A DNA stretch of 64,000 nt from Penicillus capitatus (lineage: Eukaryota > Plantae > Chlorophyta), in NCBI GenBank assembly GCA_965649825.1, contig OZ287712.1, forward strand, positions 62,001 through 126,000, read 5' to 3'. Positions 1 through 13,600 of the stretch are shown piece after piece. The first letter of the stretch is position 1. Every line of letters starts with the position of its first letter. Under the pieces are notes generated by a model that was not told the origin of the DNA, ran no database searches, and saw only the letters and a list, made by a program, of their open reading frames with translations. The position numbers and the translations under genes were made by a program.

Positions 1-5
1 AGGAG

Positions 6-3000
6 ATGCAGCAACAACTGTTTGAGGAGAAAGAGAGGTTGGCGAGTGCCCAAGTGGATTTTCGTTCCGAGATACAAATGTATCAGATTCAAAAGGAGTC
101 CTTCGATCGACAGTGTGAAGATCTCGACAAGAAAAAAGACGATCTCGACCAACGAGAGCAAACGCTGGCACAGAAGATGGATGATATGCGAGAGAAGAAT
201 CATTCCCTCTGTATAAGAGAGGCAGAGGTGGAAGCACAACACTCCGAAAATGAAAGAGAGAGGATGAGGACTGAGAAGGAGGCCAGTCGAGTCGAACAAC
301 GATTGGCGATGGCGGATCAGCTCAAACGCGAAGAAGAGAAGCTGTGCAAGGACAAGGCTTCTTTTCAGAAACAGAAGGAAGATCTCGAAGGCCGGTGGCG
401 TGAATTGAAGACGAAGGAGGTCGAACTGCAGAACCAGTGCAACGATCTCATCAGAACAAAGAAGGAAATTGAGGAAGGGCAGAAGACCCTCAAGAATCTC
501 CCAAAGAGTCTGAAGGACTTGGAGAAACGCAAGGCGGAGATCAAGGACCTCGTGAGTCCCATCACTCATCTGTTCGCCTGCCTGAACACCATCTCCCTCC
601 ACAGGAGAAGAAGTTATCGGAATCCAGATATGCGACAGATAAATCACGAAGCGCTTTGCGTGAAGAAGAAGAAAAAATGCAAAAGATCAAAGAAACGTTC
701 ATGCAAGAGAGGAGTGCTTTCGAAGAACGTGTTAGATCGCATCACGAAAGGATCGAGATCAGCGTCAAGGAAGTCGACGCCAAAAACGAGCAGTTGAATG
801 AAGAGAAAAGCGTTCTCGTCCGAGATAAAAATCAGTTCGAGTGCGTCTGTCGTGTTTCGCCTGTATGTCCATATGCATTCCCCTCTTCTTCTTTGACAGG
901 CTAGAAAAGCAAAAGTCCATCGGCGAGCTTCGTCATCTTGAGTACGTCTTGCAGAAAGGCGTCGAGAATTTGGATGGCCGCGAAGCACAGATCGCAAAGC
1001 AAGAATGTGAACTTGAAAGGCAAAGAACGGAGTTGGAGCAGATGAGAGTTGATGCAAGAGCCTCTGAAGAGTCTGCAGCGTCATTGAGATTAGATCTCCA
1101 AGAGAAGAAGAAAGTGGGTGGCCGCGTTCAGAAGGCAATGCATTCATTTATCTTCATCTTGGCTTTGTAGGCGTTAGAACTCGAACAGCTCCAAATAAAC
1201 GAAGAGCGGAGAATGGCAGATGAGCGCATCGACGAAGAAATCAACAAGATTCGACAGAATGCCGAGTTTGAGATCTCAAAGATCGAACAGCAGAAACGCG
1301 AACTGGAGATACTGACAGTCGAAGCCAAAAAGGTGTTTGTCCTTTGCCTGAAGCGCACGATCAAGTCATTGTAGGCAAAAGAAGAGGCGAATGAACATAT
1401 CAAGGAGGCAGATATGCGATGCAGAGAGGAGAGACAAAACATCAAGATGCAAGAAGAACTTCTCAAACAAAAAGAAGCACATCTCGTAAGTCATCTTCTG
1501 TCTGCATATATACTCAACCGTGATCACACACTGCATTGGATGCTATTTTATAATGCTATTGAATCTGCAATCTGCGATGGACTCCAGTTCCATCGGTGCT
1601 TCTTTTCAGGAAATGATGAGACACCGACAGAAGACGCATCCCTCTCAACAACATACAAGATGTCCCCTACGTTGATTTGGTTGACGTTTCCTAGAGGAAC
1701 TTGTCTAACGAACCGCAAATGAATGCAGCTAATAAACATGACATGGAAAAGTCAAATCGTATCTTTCGGGATAGTCTTTTGTTAGGCACAGTAATCTAAA
1801 CAGCCTGAGTTCTGTTTTCATTTGCCAAGTCTCATATTCAAGCGTGCTAAGCTCTCTTTCTGTTTTGGATTAGGAAGAGGATCGTTTAGATGTCGATAGA
1901 GTTCATACAGAGGTGGAATCCTCCAAAAGGGAAATAGCAAATAAGCTCCGGCACATCGAAGAACTAGAGAAGACAGCTTCCGACACTGCTTCGACTGCCA
2001 GAAAGAAAGAATTAGTTTTGCAAGAGCAACTTGAAGAAATGCGTTCAAAGGAACAACAGCTTTCACAACTTCAGATCGAAATAGAACACAAAAAGAAGTC
2101 CGCCGATGAAGAAATGAGATCCATGAGGTCACAAGCGGAACAGGACATTCGTTCTGAACGGTATTTTGCTAGAAATGGGAAGGCCATCAGTATGGAGATG
2201 GTTGTCCATTAGATCGAGAATGGAGACTCAAATGGAAACAAAAGAGATTCAGCTGCGTTCAATCCACGAGTCGAGGACCAGAGAACTGAACGAACGAGAA
2301 TCGAATGTCCAATCAAGAGAGGCGAAGCTCACAGAATGGAAAAGGGAAATGGACAATGTGGAAAGTGATCTAAAGAATCACTGGCAACAGTCGGAGGCTC
2401 AGATGGACGTCACCTCGCAACGACTACACGATTGGGAAACGAAACTGAATGAAGATCAAAAACGGATTGAGCAAGTTCAGCTCATCACCTTTAGACATAA
2501 GACTGTGGCCAATCATAGATGGTGATGCAGATGGAGCATGAAGCGAAGATGAGAGATGAGGAGCGTGCTCGGGAATGGAGTGATCTGAAACAAGCACAGT
2601 GTGAGGTGCTACGCCAAGAAAAGGATATCAAGCAGAAAACAGAAATGGCGCACCGAGATATAGCAGACCTCGAACGCCAGAGACAAAAAGTAGACGAAGT
2701 TCATGATAATGATAACCGAGAACTCGAGTCTTGCATCATGTTACAGATCGCTGATGAGATCGAAGACGGAAATCAAAGACTGAAAGTGATCCATCACCAA
2801 TGCACCACTCTCGAGGGGAATGTGGAACGAGAGCTTCGACGTGCCAATGAAGTACAGAGAGATATTCAAGGGCAGGAAGAGGCGATCAGACTTCAGAAGA
2901 AGGACCTGGAGAAACAGTCAAACGAGATCAAGGAACGAGAAGTGAATCCACTTCCGTCTTGCTCAAATGGTTTACTGAGTCTTGCAGTTATCATTGAAAG

Positions 3001-5327
3001 CACAAGAGAAGCTCATAGAAGGAATCAAAACAGAGCTTGAAAACAAACAACGTACATTGCACCAGAAGGAAGGCGTTCTGGATGAGAATTTGAAGAAGCT
3101 GAATACAGAGATGAAGAAAACCACCAAGGAGAAGAAAGAGGTGGAAGACAGATCTGCCCAGCTCCAACGCGAAATTGAAGAAGTCCGAAAAACAGCCCAA
3201 CAAAACAATGTCAGGAGTCGATCATGACGCGTCTGACAAGATTCGACTTTTTGGTTTTGTGCTCTGGTAGATCGGCAGAACGGAACTGGAAGAACGATCT
3301 CAATCGTTGGCGATGAAGGAGCGAGAGCTCAGTCAACAGACCGATCGTCTGAACAAGACGCAGACAGAACTCAACAAACAGTCCCGGGACCTCGAGGTTC
3401 CGTGAGTTAAAGCAAGAGACGTTGGCAACACATGTAGATATAGGATGCGCAGAAAGAAAGGGAGAGACTGCATGCTTTAACCGTCGGCGCTGCGGAAAAG
3501 GCATCCATGCGTGAAGTCGACATCAAACTCAAGGAGAAGGACCTGGAAGATGAAAAGAGGAGATTGAAGGAGGCTCAGGAGCTACTAGAGAAAAGTCGAA
3601 AGAAAGAAGAGGAGATGAAAGTGAGAACGAAAGATCTGATTGTGCAATGGACAAACAATGTCGCGAAGGCGCATCTGGAAAGAACAGAAAAGGAGCTTAA
3701 AGCAACAGAGCACGACATGCATGATCAGAAGAAGGCGCTTGAGGAACAGCAAAGGCTTTTGTCATCTTCTTGGCAAACGCATCAGGTCATTTGGTTCGCA
3801 TTTTGGAAAGATGCCACATTTTGTAGTTTTCAGGTCGAGAAAAAAACTCTGGAGCGTCAGAAGTCTGATCTTTCTCTTGCCTTGTCTGCTTTGGAGTCTG
3901 AGAAATGCACTTTGAAAGAGCAGCAATTCGAATTGCAGACGGCAAATGCACAGATCCAGTCGCGAGAGACAGAGCTGGAATCCAAAAGGATAAACGTGCA
4001 GAAACTCGCTCGACGCAAGGAAGATGAATTGAAACAGAACGAAAGAGCCTTCAAGGTTAAAGAGATGTCTTTGATGAACAGTATCGAAGAAGAGAAAGTA
4101 GACTCGTGCCATTCGAATTCTGCTGCCAGCGGATTGCCATTGTCTTCAGAAAGCGTTGGAGAAGCAGAGACAGCAAACTGAACTGGAATACAGGAAGATC
4201 AAACTGCAACAAGATAACTTGACAACAGAGAAGTCGAGTCTGAGGGAAACGGCATCTCTTCTGGAGGAACGCACTCGACGTCTGGAGAGAGCAGAAGAGG
4301 ATCTAGAGTGCTTGAAAGAAACACTGAAGCAAAAAGGCGCTGATCTGACAAACGAAGCTGCAAAACTATGCGATCTCCAGAACAATGTGCACGTATGGTT
4401 CTGCACTGATTGTTCGCCCTGAGTGTGCCGCCTGCCCGTTTAGAGAAAGGAAGCTCTCTTGCGTGATTCTGAGACGCAAGCGAGGAACATCATCAATTCG
4501 GCAACCGAACAGGCTCGGCAGATCGTATCGAACGCCCAGCCGATGGCTCCCTCCGCTCGAAACGATGCTGCTGCTTCTTTGGCTCTGGAGAGGGCCTCGA
4601 GGCAGAGAAAGGAGCAAGGTTCTCCACTGCAACTTCCAAACCCGACTGTGTCCACAGATCTCGGGGGAGGATCTGCGCGTGAGCGCTCCCCCTCTTCATG
4701 CTCGCGCTCTTCTCGATTCTCCGGCACTCTGCGTTCTCAACGAGCCTCTCAGTCCTCCGCACACACATCCAAACATAAACGTCAAGTCCAAACCATGGCA
4801 CAGAGTCTGATGGAAAACATCACCAGTGGAGAAGGAACGCTTCAGCGTCTTACGCACATCGTCGAAGACATGAGGATGCAATCTAACGCGAATGGAGAGG
4901 TAGATTCCCACACCGTATGCCTGTTCTGACTACAAACCCCCTCTATGTCCACAGCTGCAGCGACGCCAGCGGACAGCACTCTCAAAACTGGAGACAGACC
5001 TGCAGGACATGAGAGAGAAAACAGATTCAATATCGACCGCTGCCAGAACCGCCCAAGACAGGAACGATCTTCTGCCATCCAGAGATGCGCTCGAACGGCA
5101 GCAACAGCGACTTGCAGCATGGGAAGAGAAGGCGAGCTCCCGAGAGCACAGATGATCAGTTGGAGTGGCACTGCCTCTAGGTTCAGGGATGGATGCGTGA
5201 AGTCACCAGCATACAACACGAGTTGAGCCGCAATCTCCAAAAGCCACCTGGGGAGGCGTGAGTTTCAGACGGACGAAGCCGCGTTCTCAAACTCATAGGT
5301 GTCGTTAAAGCGTCTCCTCTTCTGTAA
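6..5327 (+). CDS. Large coiled-coil protein (about 17 introns), function unknown; the 5' end probably lies upstream of the window
   Basis: Successive E/K/Q/R-rich ORF pieces (6-797, 841-1170, 1913-2212, 2166-2525, 2519-3040, 3507-4181, 4156-4422, 4459-4929) join in frame across short introns (e.g. 552-604, 1114-1170, 4900-4954, GC-AG 5132-5180, 5257-5298). It ends ...RRVVKASPLL* with TAA inside a TGTAA motif. Confidence 0.8.
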
Positions 5328-5524
5328 GACCAATGACCGCCTTGTAACGTCCAAGAGGAGTTTTTCTCGAATTGCGCGAGATGCCACATCACATATTCTC
5401 TTGTGAGATGGATCGACAGCTCATCGAGGAGAACGGAAAGACAAAAAACGGCCAAAAAATCACCCACATCCACTTTCAGGTACTCCGACAAAAATTTGCG
5501 AGACAAAGAATGTGTATTGGCTCC

Positions 5525-6613
5525 TCAGCCAAAAGATGCGTCGAGCGCGGAAGAAAACTGGCTGCATGCATCATCGAGGTATGTAAAGAATTTCTGGTAA
5601 TAGCGCGTTCCGAACTGATGGTGGTGGTCGTGTCTTCGACTGCCTGCCCACAAACCGAACGGAACGACATTCTGCAGCATCCATGGAAAGTCATACCCTA
5701 CACACCGAGACTATCAGCATCTCTCACTGAATCGCCCACAGATCGCGACCAGAGTGTAGTTCTGTGATCAAGTATACGATGCATGCGTTGTACAGGGCAC
5801 GTGACATCGGATGGCAATGCAGCAGGTTGATGGCAGTAATCGAACAGCCCACGTCCACCACCTGCACGGCAGACAGCGATTATTCGCACGTAGATCGCGT
5901 CACGGCGCCATTCACTTCTTCGACAAGACTCAATCGCATGGCCTCACAAGCACGAACGACTTTCTTCGTGTGGTGCTTGGCATGAAATCTGCTGTACAGG
6001 AATGGCACCTGTCGCCATACCTCGCATGCATAGCCGTCACGTCGGCAGCAACGGTCGCTACCTTATGGAAGGCGAGGTGAAAGCAGAAGAAGAAAGCGTC
6101 GTAGACGATCAGCGATGCCACGATTTCCAAGATGAGTTGCCAGAAAGATGGCGCCGCCAGTGGCAGTGTGCGACGAGGATAGACGAAATCAAAAAGGGCG
6201 ATGGGCACCCAGTACCACACAATTTCGTTCTTGAACCTAAAACGGCATCGGGACGTCAGACAGACCTGGCACTGACCGCCGAGCTGTCGGTGTCAGAATG
6301 TTGTCATCGACCTGCTGCCACGTTCGAGTTTCCAGGCCTTCATGTCCGTGTGGCTCTTTTGAATTCTCCATTTCTTTGCAGAAGGGACCCACATGTCCAG
6401 AACGTAGTAGAATCCCATGGAAAAGAGAAAGCTGATACTGACGACGAGAGGTTCAAAAGAGTCGTGACGAAAAAGCGAGTTTTCGCGCAGGACGGCCCAC
6501 AGATCTCGGAGAGCCGCGTCCAGAGAAGACTGGCTGCGCCATGCCGCACAGAATAACACGAGCAACATCGTTCGACACAGCTGGGTATGGAAAGGGCATT
6601 TCGTTTTCTGCAT
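5525..6613 (-). CDS. Fatty-acid hydroxylase/sterol desaturase superfamily protein (cholesterol 25-hydroxylase-like), spliced
   Basis: The spliced translation has three His boxes (FHLAFHK, FHAKHH, RRHDHHHQ) plus ITELHSGYDFPW and hydrophobic segments. Stop TGA at 5527-5525. Confidence 0.85.
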
Positions 6614-7632
6614 TTCGCCTATTGCATCAAAGACCGATTATGCGCTCTTGATGCTAAATCCAGTGGCATCTTTGCGTGAGGCATCGTTCAGGGTGGTCAG
6701 GGATCTGATGTGACTGACGCTGCACCATTAAGCAGGACGCGCAGGGACACGGCGTTGAACGCTGTGACATGGGGCGGCGGCGATGCACAGACGTTCTGCA
6801 GGATAAGGCATTTACTTGACGCGCGCGAAAGCAACTTTCGTCTTGTCAGATGCTGTCAAAGATAGACGGTTATGTCGTCTCCACAGCGGATATTGCCATC
6901 TTCTGCAAGTCGGAAAAACAATCAACTCAAAATATGTGAAGAATAGGTTTGCAAGTGTGTTCCTGAGGCCATTCGAAATCTTTTCCTGGATTACTGAATC
7001 TAAAACGTAAACTCGGCTCATTATGGACAGAGAAAGAAGCTCTTGCGCGACGCTGTCGTGGATTCGGGGCACTTTCCTTCTATATCTACAGTCGCGAACG
7101 CATGCGCATCTGTCGTTGGACGCGGTCGACTCGAAAAGACTCAACGCAACAGCGGAAGGCAGAACTGGTTGAATTAGACTCCTGCTGCATTCATTTGTCC
7201 TTCTGTTGTAGCAAGAGACTCGGACTTATCCGTCGCCACCGACAGCTAATCTTCGGCATTGCCGATCGAGATGGCACATCGCCGTAATAGAACGCATTGA
7301 TTCATCTCGCGCATTACAGGCGTTATCTCGACTCACCGTGCTGAACACGGAACTTTCTAATCTGAGCGATTGTTATTTGTCCATTCGCACTTGCGTCAGA
7401 GAGATTCTATTACCACAGCGACCAGAAGTTCAACGCCGACTTTCAAAGTATAGAGTTAGCACGAACGACTCCCGTGTTTTACGCTCTTTGCGGCATCTAC
7501 TTGCTTCATCGAAAATGCAAGACCGATGTTGCCATGACACGCAACCACTCTTCGCGCACTCTCTTGAATGAACGAACGCGAAACTGTCTCCGAGAATTGT
7601 TCCCGTGACGTGTTGTTGGTGTCCAGGCGCAA

Positions 7633-10600
7633 ATGGAGCCGAAGTCAAAGTGGTTCGACCTTGCAGTATTTCAGGAAGCACTTAAGCTTTCATTGGACAA
7701 AACAGCTGCTTGGATGTCCAAAGAAATATTGCAAACTGCGGAGACGATTATGCGTCGCTCTGCGATAGAGTCGACCGAGAGTAACTTAACAAAAAACGGA
7801 GCGGCGGCCTTCTTTGCATGCATCGTGCAAGCGTACGCCGTCAGAATCTTCAAAGCGAAAACAAGCGCCTGCGGTCCACTGGCTCAAGTGTTGGACTGGT
7901 TCATTACGAACGTGTCTCCTGCACAGAGACGCGCCATTTACGACGTTCTCTTGAGAGAAAGAGAATACGACGTTTCAAATCTCTCGGTTGTTGTCAAGAC
8001 AAAGGGCGGAGGAACAAGGCCAAAGTTAGTGAAGGAAGCCGAGCATCCTAGAGCAGCGATCATTCTTGAACTGCTCTCGCTGAGTGACGCCACAGGAAGT
8101 GCCATCGATGCTGTCATCCGTCTCTTGCAAAGAGTAGTTTGCGAAGAATCAGATGGACTTAGCGATAGCTCACTGCCATCAACATCCACGTGGAAGGACG
8201 ATGCTTTCATGCCTCAACTTGTGGGAGAAATCCTGTCTTCCCCAGAACTCCTTCTGTTGTTCTTTGATCCTATGACAGTGACTAGCCTCTCTCCTGGTGT
8301 CCTCGATGCGGCAGACATGAAGGAAATTCAGGTGAATGAAAAAAGCATTGTGGTCTGGAGCGATGGTCGATGTGATGAAATCCGAAGCGGCAAACTAGGA
8401 CCTCGCACGCGTGTCGATCAACTGCTTCTCAAAGCTTTGAGCGCTTGCAGATCGGAAGATGCCTTCGCTGCAATCGCTGCCAATCTTACCAGACTGTATA
8501 AAGAGCCAAAGATCTTCAAAAGAACACAATTCCACAAAATCCTGGAAACATGGATCTCTTCAGAAGACAACCCAGCGTTGTCAGTCTTTCTTGATCAGCT
8601 AACCAGTAGACCACGCAAGAACGAGACCCTTCTGTTGGACACCGTCGAGTTTTTCTTCGAGTTGCCTGTGCTGTATGGCACGAGCACTCATCTCTCCTTT
8701 GATGACATCTGTGGTTTGGCTGCTTCTTGCGCCGAAACCGTTAGCTCAGACAAATCGTCTGATTTTCTTACAACGTGTTGTGCATCCCTCACAGATTCTG
8801 AAATCAACGTCGAAATGCAGAGAGACTGGTTTTATGAACGTCTCCATCTGTTGTCTCTTTTCTTTTCAGAAGAAACCGATTTTGTGACAAAATCTGCCAT
8901 CAGTGATGGATTTGTCACAGCGCTGTTTAAGATGTTTTTATCCATATACGGCAACTTAAAATCAAAGAAAGAAGATTTGCCTTCTGCAGTCTTCTCCGAT
9001 TTCAAAGCCATTTCTGATGGCTGTTGCAGAAAAGCGCCCTTTTCTGTTTTTTCTTGCCTGCTAAAGGCTTCTGCTTCTAATTACGACACATTTGTGCAAC
9101 TGTCTGAAGCCTTCTGCTCGATCGGGATGTTGGACAGATGGGCAAGACGCGTCAATTCCGAAGATGCACTTGTGCTTCTAAAATTCTGTCAGACGACAAA
9201 GAGCACAAACACCGAATACTTATCAACAGCCTTTTGCGTTCTCCTTCAATCGGATGCTGGTCGGGCGGCAGTGTGCAATGCCTCGAGCGAAGATGTCGAT
9301 TGGACAGAAGTGTGCAAGACACTACTGCGCACAACATCCGAGAGTGCTCTATCAAATGACATTGCATTGTCTGTCATTCGCCTGGCCTGCGTTATCGGAC
9401 AAGATCATCGCCAGTATCTGGTGCTTGCCATGATATCTGAAATAGACAAGATACTCTGCGCGGACATCCCAGAAGAAGATTTTGCCGCCTTCATCAACGC
9501 GCTTGCGGATGGTTTGAACATCCTTGATGATATGATCACTGCTATCTGCAATGCAGCAGTCCAGCGAGCATCGTTGACGAACGTTCGCTTCTTTGATCAC
9601 CTGACGAGGTATTTCGCGAATACATCCGAGACTGGAAGAAAAGCTTTGAGAGACGCACTGTTTTCAATGATCACCGAGCTCCTTGATCTGCTACAAGAGA
9701 ACGATGAGAGGGAAGGGACCGAAAATCTGGTGCATCTTGTTCGTTTCCTCATTGACGGCACATCTGCAACACATAGCACACATGAAGACCAGTCATCTAG
9801 TGAAACGCATCCTGTCATCCCGGCATTCATGTCTGCCACCCTTCCAGAGGGCAGAAGCATCATCCAGTCAGAAAGCGCATCATCGACGGACCTTAAAAGG
9901 ATTGTTCAGATACTCAAGCAGCCAAAGCTTTCCCTGGATAGTGGACATGTGCGCAAAGCCATTCTCCAAAGGGCGGAGGCCGTCTGCACAGGTGAACAAA
10001 AGAACGAGAACATCTCGTCATCGTCATCCCTGATACTGACGGACACAACCGAAGAAAACATGACGATGATCCAAGAGGCGGTTGCAGATGGAAGCCCTGT
10101 CTTGCTGATCGGATCTACAGGGGTAGGGAAAACGGCAACGCTTACGGAACTGTGTTCTCGTATGGACGTCGAATTCGTGAGAATCAACATGTCATCCAAC
10201 CTGACCACCGAAGATTTTCTAGCAAAAGCCTCTGTAAACTGTCAAGGGGAAATCGTCCAGCAACTTCAACCCTTTGCAAAAAGCTATCGGAATGGAGCCT
10301 GGGTGCTGCTCGACGAAATGAACTTGGCTGAAGAAGCATCGCTCAAAGTCATTGTCGATGCTTTGGAATCGGAAGAGATTTCCATCTCTGATCAGAGTTC
10401 TGCTATGTCTTCGACTGTCACCATCAAAAAGCATCCGGAGTTTCGCTTGTTCGCAACCCAGAATCCATGGCAAGCCGGAAAGCGTGAGCGCATGAGTGAC
10501 GCCTTCTTGTCTCAGTTTTCCATCATGCATTTCAAAGAACTGCCGGAGCATGAATGGAGACAGATCGTCGAGGAAAAGATATCAAGAGGCAGTGCTGGCG

Positions 10601-13600
10601 GTGACCCAATGCTCATCCAGAAGCTGGCTAAGCAGATGACAGAGTTTCACTCCGATCTCCGATCAGAACTCAGTACCAAGTGCTCTGAGAAAGGCAGCTA
10701 TGCCACCATCACTAACCGAGAGCTGTTGATGTGGACGGATATGATCCTGGCAGAAAAGGCGCTTGTCCGAGCAGACGAGAAGATGGGCGACTACGCATGG
10801 TCCATCTATGGGAATCGATTCCGTGACGATGGGCGCCAATTGGTTCGGGATAGCATCGACCGTCATCACCTACCCCTCAACGCGATTGGATCTCAATCGG
10901 AGAGTGTGATGGAGATGTTTTCGATGATAGAGGGGCCATGTCACAGGAATGATGCTATCCTCATGGATGACTTCTGGAAAACGCACTTTGCTTGCGTGCC
11001 ATCTCTGAGTGAAGATGAGATGTTTGCGTTCGACATCTGCGCCGAAGCTCACAGAACAGTGTTGCGGACCATCCTGAGTCCTCAGTTCATGAAAGCCTTC
11101 GGCATCTACACGACATTCTCAGAGTCATGGATGGCCAACTGGGTAACAGATGCCTTGGAAGGGAATGTCTTGGGAAGAAGGACGCTGACAGAACTGGGTC
11201 AGCTTGGAGCTTCTGGGTACTGTTCACGATTCAGACACGAGGATGCACGAGATGTCATCCTGGATGCCTTTGTCCAGACATTTGGCATTTCTCCGGCCGA
11301 TGTGCAGACAAATGGCAAGGCTACCGTGCCTGAAATGCCCATCGCTCTCAGCAATCGAACGTGTGAATCTCTTCACTCCATGATCGAAGCGATTCGCAGT
11401 GAACTTTCTGTTCTGATCGAAGGCAACGCTGGATGCGGTAAGACCTGTCTCGGAAAGGTCATCGCCTTTCTTCTGGGCAACCAGTATGAACACGTCACAC
11501 TTACGCAAGACTCGGAACCTGCTGCAATGCTCGGAGAGTATCTTCCAGGCCAAAGCACTAGTGCTCAATACCACGTTGAATGGACTGATGGTCCATTGAC
11601 CAGAGCGTTCATCGACGGTCGTGTGTGCATCGTCGATAACATTGGGCATGCGGAACCGGTACTCCAGGAAAGAATCAATCCTGTGCTGGAATCGCCAAAG
11701 GTGTTGTGTCTGACGGAAAGGGGAGATACCCAGCCACTCTGTTGTCGCGTCCTTGCTGATGGGACACTATCGGATGCGCCTGGACCAGCGAGGGGCTTCC
11801 AGTTCATTGCCACCTACACTCCCAAAGGTGCAGCGACAAGAGGACACGACAGCTCGTCCAAGGATCTCACCGCTGCCCTTTTCAATCGCTTTTTCATCAT
11901 CCACATCGATGATCCGGCAGAGATGCCAGACGAAGGATTCTGTCACACTCTGGAGTCGATGCTGGGATGCTGCCTGGCCAGTCATCGTTATCAAACATCC
12001 GTCGATATGATCTGCACCTACTGCTTGAGGATACGAGAGTTCTTGTCAGAGGAATGTCAGACATCGACATCTTTCAGAGACTTTGTCGCAATGGTAGACA
12101 TTGCAACGATCCTGATGGATCAGTTTCCTGAGCTGGATGTGCAAGATGCACTTCACTCGGCACTGATGGCGACATTTGTCTCTCGCATGAATGATCCACA
12201 GGCAAGAGACGCGCTGTGCTCTCAGATGGGATGTCCGGGTGACATACTGGATGAGCTTGGATTGCTCGGTGGTTTTGCCATCGATTCACATCTGGTTCTG
12301 ACCACTTCGAGAAAACGACATGCACAGGCAGTCCTGTTGGGCGTCCTCACCAACAAACCAGTGCTGCTGGAAGGAAAGCCAGCTGTTGGAAAGACGTCGC
12401 TTGTGATGGGACTGAAGGGGTTTGGTGGTCCTCCTGCTAACAGAGTGCGGATTCTGAGCAACAGTGACACGACGACCGTCCAGGACTATTTTGGAGCCTG
12501 GCTGCCTGCAAGTGATGGGTTCACTTTTCAGAAAGGGATTCTCATTCAGGCCATGGAGAATGGTGAATGGTTTATTGCGGATGAGTTCAATCTAGCTCCT
12601 GTCGCAGTGACAGCTGCACTGATGCCCTTCCTAGAAGGCAATCGCATCGTCCAAGTTCCTGGGAGCAACATTTGTGTAAACATCCATCCAGCATTCAGAT
12701 TCTGTGCCACTCAGAATCCATCACACGGAGGAAGAGATGGTCGAAAACTCCTACCCATCACCATACGGAATCGATTTCTGCTGGTCGAGGTCGAAGACTT
12801 CCCACAAGACGAATTCTCAGAAATCATCTACAAGCGATTTCAGAGTAACGAGAGCGACGACCTCGTCAAGGAAGAAGATGCTGATGCACTGGCAGAGTTC
12901 TACTTTCTCGCAGGCGAGAGCCTTCACCTGACCATGAGAGACATCATTAAGATCGTACGGAGATATAAGCTTCTAGAAAATGAAGGGCAGCAAAGTGTGA
13001 CCTGGGCTGAAGTTACAATGTCTCTTTTGGGTCCACAGATGGCGACAGAGGATGATATGGCCAAGCTTCTACAGTTTATCGAATCGAGCTTTGGCGCTGT
13101 TGGATCGCTCAAGGCAGCAGCTTGTGAAGCCAAGAGCATAAAGCAAGAGGGCGATGGCGTTCGTTTCTCTCAAGGACACCTCTGTGTCCACTTCCCTGGA
13201 TTGCAACTCGACAACAGTCCGTTGTGGCGAAAGAGCGTCACGGGGAAAGGACCACCAGCAGTTTTCCAACACAAATTGATCGATCTGGCTTTTGCACTGA
13301 AGGCAAACGAACCTGTATTGCTGTACGGAGAAACGGCATTCAAGACGGAACTCATCAAGACCTGGATGGAACTGTCAGGAATGCCAGACAGTGTACAGAG
13401 GATTCATCTGACCTCACAGACAGAAGCCACTGACCTAATTGGCCAGGTACAACTCGTGTCCTTTGTCGAAGTCATCCAGAGACTGGCGACCACAAGCCAA
13501 AGCCTCCTCTTGCAGTTAACACGAAGCATACCCAGACATTCACGGTCCGCTCAGATGTCACTGAAGATGACATACTTGCAGCATCTCCAACAACGTCTGC

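Noticed and set aside
6700-7560. Protein-like fragments upstream of the giant gene (e.g. KKLLRDAVVDSGHFPSISTVANAC)
   Set aside because: They are interrupted by multiple stops and have no recognisable family motif, so I cannot distinguish a pseudogene from intergenic sequence.
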